The notes under the pieces: model-generated
Databases searched by the model: none
The model's input: only the letters and a program-made list of their open reading frames with translations
Told to the model about the DNA's origin: nothing
Program-made: the position numbers and the translations under genes
DNA from: Girardia tigrina
Lineage: Eukaryota
Reading direction: 5' to 3'
DNA length: 58,558 nt
Assembly: GCA_001938485.1 (NCBI GenBank)
Contig: MQRK01241546.1
Coordinates: forward strand, 1-58,558
Shown here: piece by piece, positions 11,626 to 24,262 of the stretch
Numbering within the stretch: position 1 is the stretch's first letter
Layout of the letters: the number at the start of each line of letters is the position of its first letter

Positions 11626-13407
11626 GCATCTGTTATAGCTGGAAGAATTAAAGTTTCATCTATTGTGATTGGTTAACTAGCTTTCACGATTTTCAAACTA
11701 ATGAAGTGAGACAAGTGCAAAACTTTTTCATTTACGTTGGTGAAATGTTACATATGTGTTATCCTGTCTTTTACTTGGTAAACATTCTCTCAAAAATCAA
11801 AAGGTTTCTTTTTAAACTCAGAATGTTTAGTTTCAACATGTCGAAACAATTAATTTGGATACATGCTCTTGTTTGTAAGTTATGTATAACAAATAACGCA
11901 TCGTGGTCACAGATCTTCTTCCTCTACATTCCACGAAAACCCAATTTTTAAGTACTGTTAAAAATACGTCACTACTAATTTTTGCTTTGACTGACTTTGT
12001 ATTGATTGACTTGACTTTCTTTCGTTTCGATTCACTGGGGACTTATATTCATCAATTTCAACTAACTTGTTTTAAACATTTGTCCATTATATGAAAGACT
12101 GAGTAAAAAGGAAAAAGAAGACTGATCTATTCGAAAGAGCGAATATATAACGCTTGAGCTCGTGAAAGGAAATGTTGATTCTATATTATCAAAGTACTGT
12201 TTTTCAAAATTTTTATCGGTTTCAATCAGTTCATGGGCTGATATAGTACTTCCCTTTTTTGATTACGACTAAATAACTAGAGTGAATGATTAACTCTGAT
12301 TTGCAAAGCTTGTGAAAGAAATATATTGCTTGACAAAACAACTAACCTGGTGTTCAAGGCTTGAGTCTTGAATAGCTGTTAATCTTGAAAAATATAGGTT
12401 TATCAAAACTAATCCTATAATTTAGATAGACCTATCAATATTGATCAATGAAAGGATGATTGTCTAACACTTCATAGAGAGTATTATTTCGGAAGAATAT
12501 TTTTAAATATAAGATATGTGCCTTTGATTTTACTTTACAAATGTTGCGTTTTATATTATTATTTTAATTTTATTAATTTCTTGTACATGAGAGTTCCCAT
12601 TTGACCCAACATATTATTTGGATATGTCTCTCCGCAAAGTGTCCCTAACTCACACTTATTAGAGATTCATATCGTACCCAATCAACCCCATCTGTCCCTT
12701 TGATCTCGCCAGGGAATTTGATGAAGTACCTATTGGGTTCTATATTACATTTAAATATATTAGGTCTATGAAAGTTGACTTATGCTACTTCTATTTAGTT
12801 AATGATTTTCTTATTTTTTCCTCAACATGTTTCTATTTGATTTGATTATTATATTTCATATCATGATTTTATCATTTTCATAACAGAGATTAAAGCTAAA
12901 AGAACATGAACAAATTGTATGTAGACATTGTTATATTAAAATATAAAAAGAAAACAAAATAAAATGCTAATCAAAAGCAATCAACCCATCGTCTTTAGTC
13001 ATTCAAATCTGATAGATTGACAAACTCTTCCCCTTTACCGGTCGTGAAAGAGCGGAACTGTAGGCGGTCACGATTCTCCTTCTGAATTTCAAGTTTTGAC
13101 TTGAGGTCCAGCCATTCTTGTTGTTCTATAGTCTCTAGGAAATTATTTGTTGGGAAAAAGAACGACATTTGATTAGAGGTATCAAAATCAGAAGACTCTC
13201 TTTTACTTTGAATTAAGAATTGAATCTCTCTCTTTGAATAAGAATTTGATCGAAAACCCCTATATTATTTCAGTTTAATAAAATGTATTTAAATTCGAAA
13301 TTTTTTACCAAAACGCAGTATTCAAACAAATCAAGAGTTTATAAAATTAGTCTGTATCCATATCATAATTTAATATACATATATTCAATATCATAATATA
13401 ATGTAGA

Positions 13408-14468
13408 CGGAGCAGGACAACCTGCCGCAGAAGACTCGCTGTATGATTTTCTTTAACTTTTTATTAACCATTAAATGCATGATTTTTCCTTTTTAAATAC
13501 AATAAATGTATTTGAAAGTGTTGCGCCAAGCTGTCAAATTTTGACAATTAAAAAAGTGAACTGTCATATCATAAAAGTTTGCGTTATAAAACCAAGATAG
13601 ATATTTTTAGCACCTACTAAAGGTAAAAAATACTGAGTTTGAATTACCGTTTAGAAATTATGTAAAGAAGAAAACACTGATGTACATATAATTTAAATTA
13701 ATTAGGTTAAATTATTTTAGGATTATAGTAAAGTAGTAATTTTCGTTTTAAGAAAAAATAAAAAATTGAAAAATTAAATAAATAATAAATAAAAAAGTTG
13801 AGGATAACTATCTTGGTAGACTAAATGTAAAGGGAACACGAAGAATTCAGTGAATTGAAGAAAAAGTTTAAAAATCTTCTAAATTTAAAAATTTTGAAAA
13901 ATATCAAAAAACTTTAGAAAACATTGAAAAACGAAGTCTCTTAAATTAACATGAAACATTGAAAGCGGATTTTGAGAGGGTGACAAGCGAACAATCGTTG
14001 AATACTTGCGCGGCCTTGCACAAAATTTTGAAATGGATCAATGATTTTCATTTATGCTTGTAAATAATAAACATATTGTTACTTGATATTTTTATTTTTT
14101 TGAAATTTAGTAGATTTTTCATTTACTTTTTATTAATTTTCAAATTTATTTTACAAATTTTAAATTGTATTAAAAATATTTGTTTTCAAAAAATAATATT
14201 AAGACTTAATTGTCTGAGATTTAATTTTCTGAATCTTAAAAAATGACAAAAATTTTAATTTATGAGACTTATTTTTCTGAGACTTAATTGTCTGGTTCCA
14301 TAAAAATATGTATTTAGGTTGAGTTTTCTATATATATAGGCTATTATTTTATTGTTCTATTTTAAAATATTACAAAAATAATTATGTCATCGAAATAAAT
14401 TTTGTGGTGAGTTGTCCTGAGGAGAGTTTTTCTGTGGCGAGTCTTTTGCAGCCAGTTGTAGTGTACCC
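13408..14468. mobile_element. Non-autonomous Mutator-like element
   Basis: Imperfect TIRs (CAACCTGCCGCAGAAGACTCGC vs GCGAGTCTTTTGCAGCCAGTTG) and near-TSD AATGTAGA/AATGTAAA. Internal remnant DFER...FHLC (MULE DFE and CxFH motifs). Confidence 0.55.
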
Positions 14469-14569
14469 AATGTAAATAGTAATACATTAGTTAATTTTCT
14501 TCACATATTCTTCTTTAAAAGGCTTTAGTCACTCTATATTTCGATATATCAATCTACCTGTTTTATTTT

Positions 14570-14900
14570 CTAATTCTACACTCAGGTCGTGTATATTCCG
14601 AATAATCCGATATGGTCATTCATATCGATGTGACCCTTCTAATCTCTTTTCGAATTTTCCTAACACCAAATCACCTTGTTTAAAATATTGTTTCTGTACA
14701 TATGTTGGGAGTTTTGTGTTTTCCATTTGTTGAACTTCTTCAATAATTTTGTTGATTGTCGAGATTATAACGGAGTGATCTATTCAATATTATCTGTTTT
14801 TCGAAAATAATTTCTTATTGGTAAAATCTTGTCCTACTCTGCTTAGAACCATTAATATTGAATTCAATTTACGGTAAGATATCAACCCAATTTTTTCTAC
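14570..14900 (-). mobile_element. Gypsy integrase C-terminal (GPY/F) remnant
   Basis: Minus strand KQGDLVL..RYE*PYRII. Confidence 0.4.
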
Positions 14901-15937
14901 AGTTGAACATTGTCAAAGGTCATTCATGACCCCATGAAATTTCAAAAGATTTGCACAAAGGGTAAAACATTCCCTAATCAACATTGAAGAATTGAAAAAG
15001 AAATCAGAAAACGAAAATTGTGCATGGAACCGTTACAGAAAATGAGAGCTTAGAAAAGAGAGTCAACAATAATTCTTTTAAAAAAAAAGTATTTAACAAA
15101 ATATATGATAAATAATATTTACGAATATGATTTTTGCACAATGCATATCAATATGAAACGTATTTTTGCAAAATAAAGTAGAAGCATAGGCTGCAAAAAC
15201 GACGGAAACTGATTTTCAAAAACCGAAAAACATTTTTTCAAGATAATATAACAAATCATATTATTCCGAAAAACTCCAGTTTTGTAAATTAAATTGTTGA
15301 TTTAATTTTTCAAATATGTTTAATATCCTAATACAATATTTCAGTTATAAAGTGCTACAATTAATTCACAAATAATTTATTTTACTTGAAATTGTAAGGA
15401 ACATTACTATTATTCTTTTTAATACATTTACTCAATACAAATTTGTATGTTTAAACATTCATTTTACTAATCCTTTTCTGATTGATAAATCAAACATTAT
15501 TTCAGCCAAAAACTTAATGAAAATTATGAACATATAATGAATTTTGAAAAAACAAATTCTTGCAATACTGTAATTTCAATCTCTAACAATTTAAAATTTT
15601 AAAATTTAAATATTATAAACAAATACTCGGTAACAAAAAACCGAATTTCCGTTGATTTCTTCCAAAGAACTTAACATCATATAAAATTTTAATTCGTAAA
15701 ATTAGTGAAGTGAGAAAAAAAAATTCAAAATCCATTTTTATTTATATTCTATTTCAATATTTAAAATGTTTTTTTTTCTATTTTTAAATTTCGTTCACAA
15801 ATTTCTTTTTGTTTTATTAATACATTTTGTATAATTTTTAAAAGTTATATCGATGATGTGTTAAAATTAATTTCATTTTTCATTTGTTGCAAAATTCAAT
15901 CGGTTTCTTTCGTTGTGATTGATAACTAATATCGATT

Positions 15938-15962
15938 ATGATTCCAATTAGTGATTTTCAAA
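15938..15962 (+). CDS. GOLT1B: Vesicle transport protein GOT1B, exon 1
   Basis: ATG ATT CCA ATT AGT GAT TTT CAA A|gtaagt = MIPISDFQ(K). The 25-nt exon joins 18483 in phase 1. Confidence 0.8.
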
Positions 15963-16500
15963 GTAAGTTAGTTGATTACATGATATATTGATTGAGGAAT
16001 TGTGATTTTTTGTATGTGGTTTATTAATTGAATTGAGATTCCATGGATTTGGAATTGAATTAAGAATCTCTTTCAAATTTTACTAATTTTATTTTGTTTG
16101 ATTTAAAATTTGTGTTGTAATAATTTGAGGCAATAATAAATTTTTTAAATTCCCTCCGTCTCTTGTTATCACCCAGACTGATTCATGATACGGGCGCTGG
16201 AGGGATCAGAGATTTCCTCAGGATAGAAAGTAGAAAAATATATGATTAATAATTATACAATTATAATATTAATTAATTAAAAGATATAAACTTTTTATTA
16301 GTTTTGATCCTTCGATCTTGTTGATTTTGATATTTTCTCAAGAGGAAATCGGCGGTCTGATTTCTCAGTCTTGTTTTGACCTGAAATTTCGCTATACCCG
16401 GGTTGTCACTGTCTGATGATGTTTTAATTGTTTTCGCGATAACCGTGAGAATTGTCTGGTCAAACGTTTTTGCGCGTTTTTTATTAGAGACGAATAATAA

Positions 16501-16959
16501 TGTTCCGTATGGACCCATGCAAATATAAAAATATGACAATATATAAAAAATTATTCCAGGAAAAATAATGTAGAAATTTATATAAATTTTTTTAAGTAAC
16601 AAAATCAGAAGGGAAAATAAAGGAATAGATTACGTAATCTCAGACTTCACAGACTTTTTTTCTAGAAAATATTCGACTTATTTTAGTAAATATTCTCAAT
16701 TTCAGTTAATTTTTCATTGCAAAAATAAGAAAAAATAAAAAATAGTTTTAAAAACTGAGACAAAAAACAAGTTTAATTTAAATATATACATAAAATAAGT
16801 CGGAGTTGTTATGGATTATGTAATCACCATAGATATTTTTCATTAAGATTTGCTTACTTAAAAAAATTTTAAAAGAATTTTTAAATTATTTCTTCTTGTA
16901 TGCTTATAATATTTTTTAAATTGTCATATTTTTATATATGCTTGGATCCGTATGGAACA
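16501..16959. mobile_element. MITE with ~40-bp TIRs and TGT..ACA ends in GOT1 intron 1
   Basis: TGTTCCGTATGGACCCATGCAAATATAAAAATATGACAAT versus the reverse complement of 16920-16959. Flanks ATAA/ATAC form an imperfect 4-bp TSD. Confidence 0.75.
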
Positions 16960-18482
16960 ATACCCAAAAAAACATCATTAAATATAATATTATAAATAAC
17001 CAGAGAGGTACTTGAGTATTTTCACTGGCGAGATTATATGACCAGATGAATTTAGTTTGGGACGGCATGGATCTCTAATGAGTTTCAGTTATTGATACTT
17101 AGCGGATATCCATTCCAAATGATATGTTGAGTTAATAAATATAAAAATACTTATAAAAAAGTAAATAAAAATAGCAAACCCACCATAATAATCAATTGAA
17201 CATTTATTAACATCACAAGCAGTATTGTCATTACAATAATTATTCAAACCACTTTCACTATTCGACATTTTTCTTGATTAATATATTTCTGAGTTTCATC
17301 CTAATTTTTTATAAAAATAAAAAATATTAATTATTGGTTAAAATTAAATCTAAACATTAAACAAATCTAAAAGTATCAATTAAATTAATTTATTAAAATT
17401 TTAAATTACATTAAAAATTTAATATTACATTCGAAAATTTAAGTATTTTACTTTTGAAAAATATTTTAATTCTTTTTACGTTAAAATTAAATTAAATTAT
17501 TTTCAATTAGTAGAAATAAAAGAAAATACCAATCAGTCATTTGGGTAGGAGAGACACAATCCCAATCAACATACAAAATATAAAATAACAAGCAATTCAA
17601 ATTATTCCTCACAGAGAAAAAGCTTAATTTGGCTGTAGTTTAAACTTGTAGTACATCTACTTGTTTTAAGATTATATAACTTTTAGATTATTAATATTAT
17701 TTATCTATTTGTTATTTATTTTTTTTATTTAATTTAATATTATAATTTATTAATTATTAATTAATTATTATTATTTAGCTGGGGTTTACTTTGTACCCCT
17801 ACTTGTTTTATGAATTTGTATTTATATAAGTATCATACTTAACGAATCCAGAACTTAGAAAAATAGGATCAAAGAATTATTAGAAATTTACATTATGTAT
17901 ATATGTAAATGTATGAAAAATAATTTTATTAAATATATTAAAATTAATTAAAACATTAGTATATTGAAATAAATATTTTTAATGTTTTAAGTATATTTTA
18001 AATATATTTATAAAATATTTTTAATATATTATCCAGTCAGGATTTTGAAAAATATTCAGTGTTTGATACAGACTCCTGTTTGGTTTCATTTTGGTATTTA
18101 TTTATGAAAAATCTAAAATAAGAATTTGAATATAAACATAAGTATCATTTTTAGCATTTGGGTTTTTTATCATTATTAAAATTTATTGGAAGTTATGAGA
18201 AAATAGCCATCAAAATAACCGCATAAAAGAATTTTTTTTGGAAAACAAAATTGTCATTTGTGAAATGCATTTTTAGTGATTCTTTGTAAATAAATTTTCT
18301 TAAAGTACCAAGTAATGTATCTCATATAGCGAAGACTAATTACAAGTTTAAAATAACGTTTTATTTACTAATAAAGTTGTCGAAATATTTCTCACGATTC
18401 CTCATTCAATACGAAATATAACTATTAATTTTTAAAAACCTGTCATAAAAATTATTTTTGATATTGATTTTAAAAAATTTAG

Positions 18483-18574
18483 AAATTGGAGTTGGGTTAG
18501 CAGGATTCGGTATTTTCTTCCTATTTTTCGGTGTTGTATTATTGTTTGATAAGGCCTTACTGGCGATAGGAAAT
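18483..18574 (+). CDS. GOLT1B: Vesicle transport protein GOT1B, exon 2
   Basis: tttag|(K)IGVGLAGFGIFFLFFGVVLLFDKALLAIGN|gtaagt. Confidence 0.92.
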
Positions 18575-18621
18575 GTAAGTGATAGTGTTGTAGTTAAGCG
18601 GTGATTGTAATTGTCTTACAG

Positions 18622-18882
18622 TTACTATTTTTGGCCGGACTGGCCATGGTTATTGGGTTTGAGAGGACATTCAGATTTTTCTTTCAAATGCATAAAATCA
18701 AAGGCACATGCTTCTTTTTTGGTGGGATATTGATGGTGATCTTCATCCATCCAATAATTGGGATGCTCGTCGAAACCTACGGTTTCTTCCTACTGTTCAG
18801 TGGTTTTATTCCCGTGGTGCTGAACTTCTTGCTTCGGTTTCCTGTCATCGGTACGATTCTCAATATGCCGGGCATTAATAAA
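18622..18882 (+). CDS. GOLT1B: Vesicle transport protein GOT1B, exon 3
   Basis: Follows a 47-bp intron. LLFLAGL..GFERTFRFFFQ..ETYGFFLLFSGF..LNMPGINK|gtaatg. Confidence 0.92.
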
Positions 18883-19365
18883 GTAATGACAATATCTCAA
18901 TTTGAGTTCCGTATTGCGTCAGTTTCACTGATTCAGAATTATTTCAAATTTATTTTCTCAGTTTCATTTCAAATGATTTTTCGTCAAAAAATCTTAATCT
19001 TGTTTAGTTTATTACCCATCACTCTTTTTACATAATTTTACATGAAAGCCACAAAAATCAAGCTTTGTCCTCAAACCTAAATTGAAGACAAATTGAAAAG
19101 ACAAAGATTTAATTTAAAGACTATAAATGTCAATATGCATCTTAAATATCGAAATATGATTATATAATGTTCAATTTCATTAAGAAAGTGTTGACATAAC
19201 CCTTTAAATCCTATGATAATATTTTTGATTACAAATTATAAAACTTTTGATTAATATTTTGGAAATAGAAATTCAGTTTAGAATCGTTAGAATTTATCAC
19301 CATTGTATGTGTTAGAAGACTTCGAGACTGTCATAATATTTATTTAAAGACAATAAATATCATAA

Positions 19366-19399
<34 letters not shown>

Positions 19400-19931
19400 C
19401 AAAAATATAATTTGATTAAAGCTTTCTTTATATAATTATTGGACATGTTTCGATGTTTACATACATCATCATCAGCAATTTTCGGATATTTAGTATATGA
19501 ATATTGAATTGTGTGAATAATACAATTTTAACAGATATATTTACTTTAAAGGTAACGAATAAATTAATTATTATTATTTATCAAAGTATTATTGGGTAAT
19601 AATGACAAAAATATTTTAATTAAAAATTTTAAGTATTGAAATAACCTTACTTTGCCCATTCTGAATGTTAATTGATGGGTTGTAGTGTCTTATTAGTAGA
19701 GATTCACAAAACTGTCGTTCGTAATGTGAATCAAATCCCTTTGTAGAACAGAAAACTCATCTTTTGAAATGGATGAGTTTCTATCCTTACAACATAACCA
19801 ATGATCAAGAAACTTACTCGATCGACTCATTTGCGAGTGCTCACTAATCCGGGTTTTGAGATGACGATTTGTCTCTCCGATGTACGAGTTTTGACACCCG
19901 TGACAATTAAATTTATATACCAGATTAGCTT
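19400..19931 (-). mobile_element. Penelope-like element 3' end (GIY-YIG and pLTR) abutting (TA)n, cut by an assembly gap
   Basis: ANLVYKFNCHGCQNSYIGETNRHLKTRISEH, with a hammerhead motif downstream. Confidence 0.85.
19438..19479 (-). ncRNA. Minimal type-I hammerhead ribozyme
   Basis: Minus strand AUUG CUGAUGA U GAUGU..ACAUC GAAAC AU GUC CAAU: both core boxes, stem II, GUC cleavage triplet and 4-bp stem I. Confidence 0.85.
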
Positions 19932-20739
19932 NNNNNNNNNNNNNNNNNNNNNNNNNNNNNNNNNNNNNNNNNNNNNNNNNNNNNNNNNNNNNNNNNNNNN
20001 NNNNNNNNNNNNNNNNNNNNNNNNNNNNNNNNNNNNNNNNNNNNNNNNNNNNNNNNNNNNNNNNNNNNNNNNNNNNNNNNNNNNNNNNNNNNNNNNNNNN
20101 NNNNNNNNNNNNNNNNNNNNNNNNNNNNNNNNNNNNNNNNNNNNNNNNNNNNNNNNNNNNNNNNNNNNNNNNNNNNNNNNNNNNNNNNNNNNNNNNNNNN
20201 NNNNNNNNNNNNNNNNNNNNNNNNNNNNNNNNNNNNNNNNNNNNNNNNNNNNNNNNNNNNNNNNNNNNNNNNNNNNNNNNNNNNNNNNNNNNNNNNNNNN
20301 NNNNNNNNNNNNNNNNNNNNNNNNNNNNNNNNNNNNNNNNNNNNNNNNNNNNNNNNNNNNNNNNNNNNNNNNNNNNNNNNNNNNNNNNNNNNNNNNNNNN
20401 NNNATATATATATATATATATATATATATTGATTACTGTCGTCATCAATCTGGGTCAAACATACACTCATTCATTTCACCATACACATTTCACCATATTT
20501 CGGTTGTGACCTATTACATAACAATACAAAGATCACACCAAAAACATTCCATACATAAATTACGCATCATACATTTATTAGTTTTGATAATAATTCTCCT
20601 CACATCCCCCTCGGTTTAAAAAGTCGTATCCATTCAACGTTTCTTACAATGGTACGCCCCCCATCAAATCTAATAATATAGCTTTTATCATGTCTCGCTG
20701 CAAATTTTCAATCATTAGAAGTTATTAATGATGATAAAA

Positions 20740-21260
20740 ACTTTATATTTTCGACAAAGTTGGCTTTGCTGTTGTTACTCGTTCAAATCGTAATAGAAGT
20801 AGACGAGGAGAACCCACCTTTTTGACTGTTCCGGCTGCTAGAAGTCGTAATATTTTAGTACTCGCGTCAATGAACAAATATGGAAAGATTTATAATGTCA
20901 TACATGAAGGAGCAGTAAATAGCGAAAACTTTAAACAATGCCTTTAAGAAATTAAAGTGCTGCATTATCAAGGGTATTGAAAACCAAATGTTTATCATGG
21001 ATAATGCTCGAATTCATCATTATTGCGGCTTAATGAATGATGAAGAAATTCTGCAAATGCCACAAACGTATTTCCACCTCATTCCCCCTTTCTTAACTCT
21101 TTTGAGAACATATTTTCTATATGGAAGAATAACGTTATTAGAGGTTGTGCTCGAAATGAAGCAGAACTTCGAAGATTAATAGTTGATAAGTTCAATGATA
21201 TATCAACCGAAAATCGCGGCGCATTCTACCGAAAGAGGCTTGAATATCTTCAAAACTGAG
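20740..21260 (+). mobile_element. Tc1/IS630-like transposase remnant
   Basis: FIMDNARIHH and frameshifted PHSPFLNSFENIFSIWK. Confidence 0.75.
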
Positions 21261-21487
21261 ATGGGACAAGTAATAAACGATTAAGTTTATTTATATGTAA
21301 AGTGTTTACATATAAAAAATCAATTTAAAAATGTAGTTCCTTGTTTTTTTCACAATGTTTTTGTATTTATATATATGTTATGAATAATACATTTTGTGTT
21401 TAAATTTGTTATTATATTGCCTGCAAAAATTATGAAATAGCCCGAAAAACCCTATATTATTTGAAAACTATTGTAAAGTTGTATTAA

Positions 21488-22051
21488 GGTTAAGGGAAAA
21501 AACATCACAGGAAGAAACATCGCGAGAATAAACAATTGTGCTAATATTTAACTATAATAATTTTTACTAAAATTGAGATAAAATTTAATTAAAAAATCTG
21601 AAAAAAATACAAAAAAATTAAAAAAAACTAAAAGATTCAAAATTACAAAAAATATAAAAATTATAATATTAATCAGTAATAAATAATTAAAATTACTAAA
21701 ATTTTATTACAATTTAAAATTATTTAAGTCTTTAGAGTATAATGTGATATATTATTAAAATTATTTTGGTATTATTTACCAACCTTTTAATTAAATATTT
21801 TATTTTTTTAAATTAATCATTAAAATTAAAATATTATTTATCATAATTAAATTGATAAAAATGAATTTTTGATTGCTGAAAAATGACAAATTTGGATTTA
21901 TAAATTACTAATAATTTAGGATAGGGTTACGATTAGGTTAATTTAAAATATTTTTAAAATTTTTGCGACAAAATTTACAATATTTTTTTGGCGATGTTTT
22001 TTTCATCACAATTTCAGCAAGAGATTTCCTGTGATGTTTCTTCCGGATCCC
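21488..22051. mobile_element. Mutator-type MITE in GOT1 intron 3
   Basis: TIR GG.....GGAA.AAACATCACAGGAA at both ends, with an exact 9-bp TSD TTGTATTAA (21479-21487 and 22052-22060). Confidence 0.8.
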
Positions 22052-22210
22052 TTGTATTAAACAAATAAATTAAAAAAAATTTAACAAAAAGAAAGAGAAA
22101 TCATTTGCAAATGAGAATATGAATAAAAAAGAAATTTGAAAGAAAAAATTCTCTGAATGCGGAACTATTGTCGAAAACCGAATGAAATATTGATATTGAT
22201 CTCATATCAG

Positions 22211-22252
22211 ATTGTGGTGAAGCTGGGCGGTGGCGGTCATTCGATGGTCTGA
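22211..22252 (+). CDS. GOLT1B: Vesicle transport protein GOT1B, last exon
   Basis: atcag|IVVKLGGGGHSMV*; GOT1 proteins end in ..MV. Total CDS is 420 nt = 139 aa. Confidence 0.8.
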   Translation: MVVKLGGGGHSMV

Positions 22253-24262
22253 CAGAAGATATATCGCACTATCCGAACAAATATTATTTTGTATATATGT
22301 TTAGCTTGTGATCGAAATTAAAAAAAATATTTGTCTTCGAAAATTCATTAATTTTGCAATACATTGTTTTATTGATTTGTTGTTTTGAAACCAGTTTTTT
22401 TCGTTATTATAGATTTAGAAATGTAATGTGGTACTGATAAATTGGGTGAATAATCACCGGTGTGTCGAGTGGCTCTCGGTTTGCATCGTTATGTAATATT
22501 TGTAATGGTGCGTCGATCGCGCTAGTGTGTGCTTGTTTCTGAATTAATGGAAAAAAATTAGAAGAAAAATCTTTGGTATTTAATACTACACTTTAGGCTT
22601 AATTAATACAAATTCATTTGTGTTTTATTAATAAACATGTAAATAAATAAAAATAACAATGGATTTATGGTGTTTTCAGCAATAACTGAAATACAAAAAG
22701 ATCAGCAATATTTTCAGAGAAACTCAAATTATGAGAATACGCGTGTTCTGTAGATTTGCAAGTATAGTAATGTAGAAATTATTAAAAGTTATGTTTGCTG
22801 AGTTGTTAGCAAGAATGAATGATTTGGCACTATCAAGAAGATAATCAGTAAAATTTTAAACAATATAAATCTAAAATTAATTTAATATTTAAACATATGG
22901 TTAATTTTTAAATTTTATATCAATGGTTAAAGTCGCAAATTTATAATATTAAAATTTGTAATAAATAACATATAAATAGTTATAAAGTAATTAAAATTTA
23001 TATATAGCAATTTTTTATCTAGTTTGTGCAAAATAAGAAAAACATCGTTCTTCATAAATTTGTTTGAAAAATAGTTAATTGTTATATTAATAAATATTTT
23101 GTATTATGAACTATATCGTTGATCACGAACCTAACACAGGGTATCACCTCTTTATAAAACAAATACATTTAAATTATAAAAATTCAAGATATGCGTGCAA
23201 ATTTAACAAAATTTTACTTAAATTTGCCTCAAGATAGCCGATTAAAAAAATAAAGAAACAATATAAGAAAAACTTGGGACCAGAAAATGTCTTCAAGTTA
23301 ACCGTGTATTCGAGATAATCGAGTTCGAGATATCCGAGTTCCACTGTATTTAAATTCTAAATTTTTAAAAGTAACAATTAACATTTATATTAATGAAGTT
23401 TCTTGTTTTTTTTCACAATGTTTTTGTATTTATATATATATATTTTATGATAAATAATATTTTAATTTTAATGATTAATTTAAAAAAATAAAATATTTAA
23501 ATAAAAGGTTGGTAAATAATGCCAAAATAATTTTAATGATATATCACATTATACTCTAAAGACTTAAATAATTTTAAATTGTAATAACATTTTAGTAATT
23601 TTAATTATTTATTACTGATTAATATTATAATTTTTATATTTTTTGTAATTTTGAATCTTTTAGTTTTTTTTTGAATTTTTAATATTTTTTTCAGATTTTT
23701 AATTAAATATTATCTCAATTTTAGCAAAAATTATTATAGTTAAATATTACCACAATTGTTTTTTCTCGCGATGTTTTTTCCCTTAACCTTAATACAACTT
23801 TACAATAGTTATAAAATAATATAGGGGTTTTCGGGCTCTTTCATAATTTTTGCAGGCAATATAATAACAAATTTAAATACAAATGTATTATTCAAAAAAT
23901 ATATCAATACAAAAACATTATGAAAAAAACAAGAAACTATATTAATATAAACGTTAATTGTTTATATAGGTTTTACATTTGAATTTTCCAAAATTCTAAT
24001 TTTACATTCTTAAGTTTTAAAGATGTCCATTCGACGTTTTATAAAATTTCCTTTAATGATTTATGTTTTGTATTTTACAATTAGAACTTTGTCTTACTTT
24101 AAAAACATTTAAAAATTTTCCAAAAAGTACATTTTCATTAACAAGTTTTAATTGTAATATTCAAAAATTTATGAACTAAAAATAATAACAATAATAACGT
24201 ATAAACATTGTCTATATTACATTTAATTGTTGATTTTTTTATGTTTGTTTGATTTTATTTAA

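Larger units (their letters stand above)
8520..11990 (-). mobile_element. hAT (Buster/ZBED8-SCAND3-like) transposase pseudogene interrupted by an LTR element
   Basis: Minus-strand motifs PRCVIC..LFRHVETKH, ETLILPAITDA|LNVFFGD..IPLSNNTINFRID, EDMLLCEP and GLDWHKCIRIC. The frame is restored when the LTR element is removed. Confidence 0.75.
21334..23939. repeat. Long inverted duplication: arms 21334-21846 and 23445-23939
   Basis: The second arm is the reverse complement of the first, with scattered substitutions and a ~15-bp deletion. Confidence 0.9.

Noticed and set aside
17089-17268. 59-aa minus-strand ORF (MSNSESGLNNYC...) with a hydrophobic stretch or possible GTGGGT donor
   Set aside because: The hydrophobic run comes from T-rich DNA; no downstream exon or homology found.
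19693-20619. Long ORFs of 181-272 aa
   Set aside because: Artefacts of reading through an N gap and (TA)n; only the GIY-YIG part is real. The same applies to ORFs at 39261-39667 and 44807-45037.
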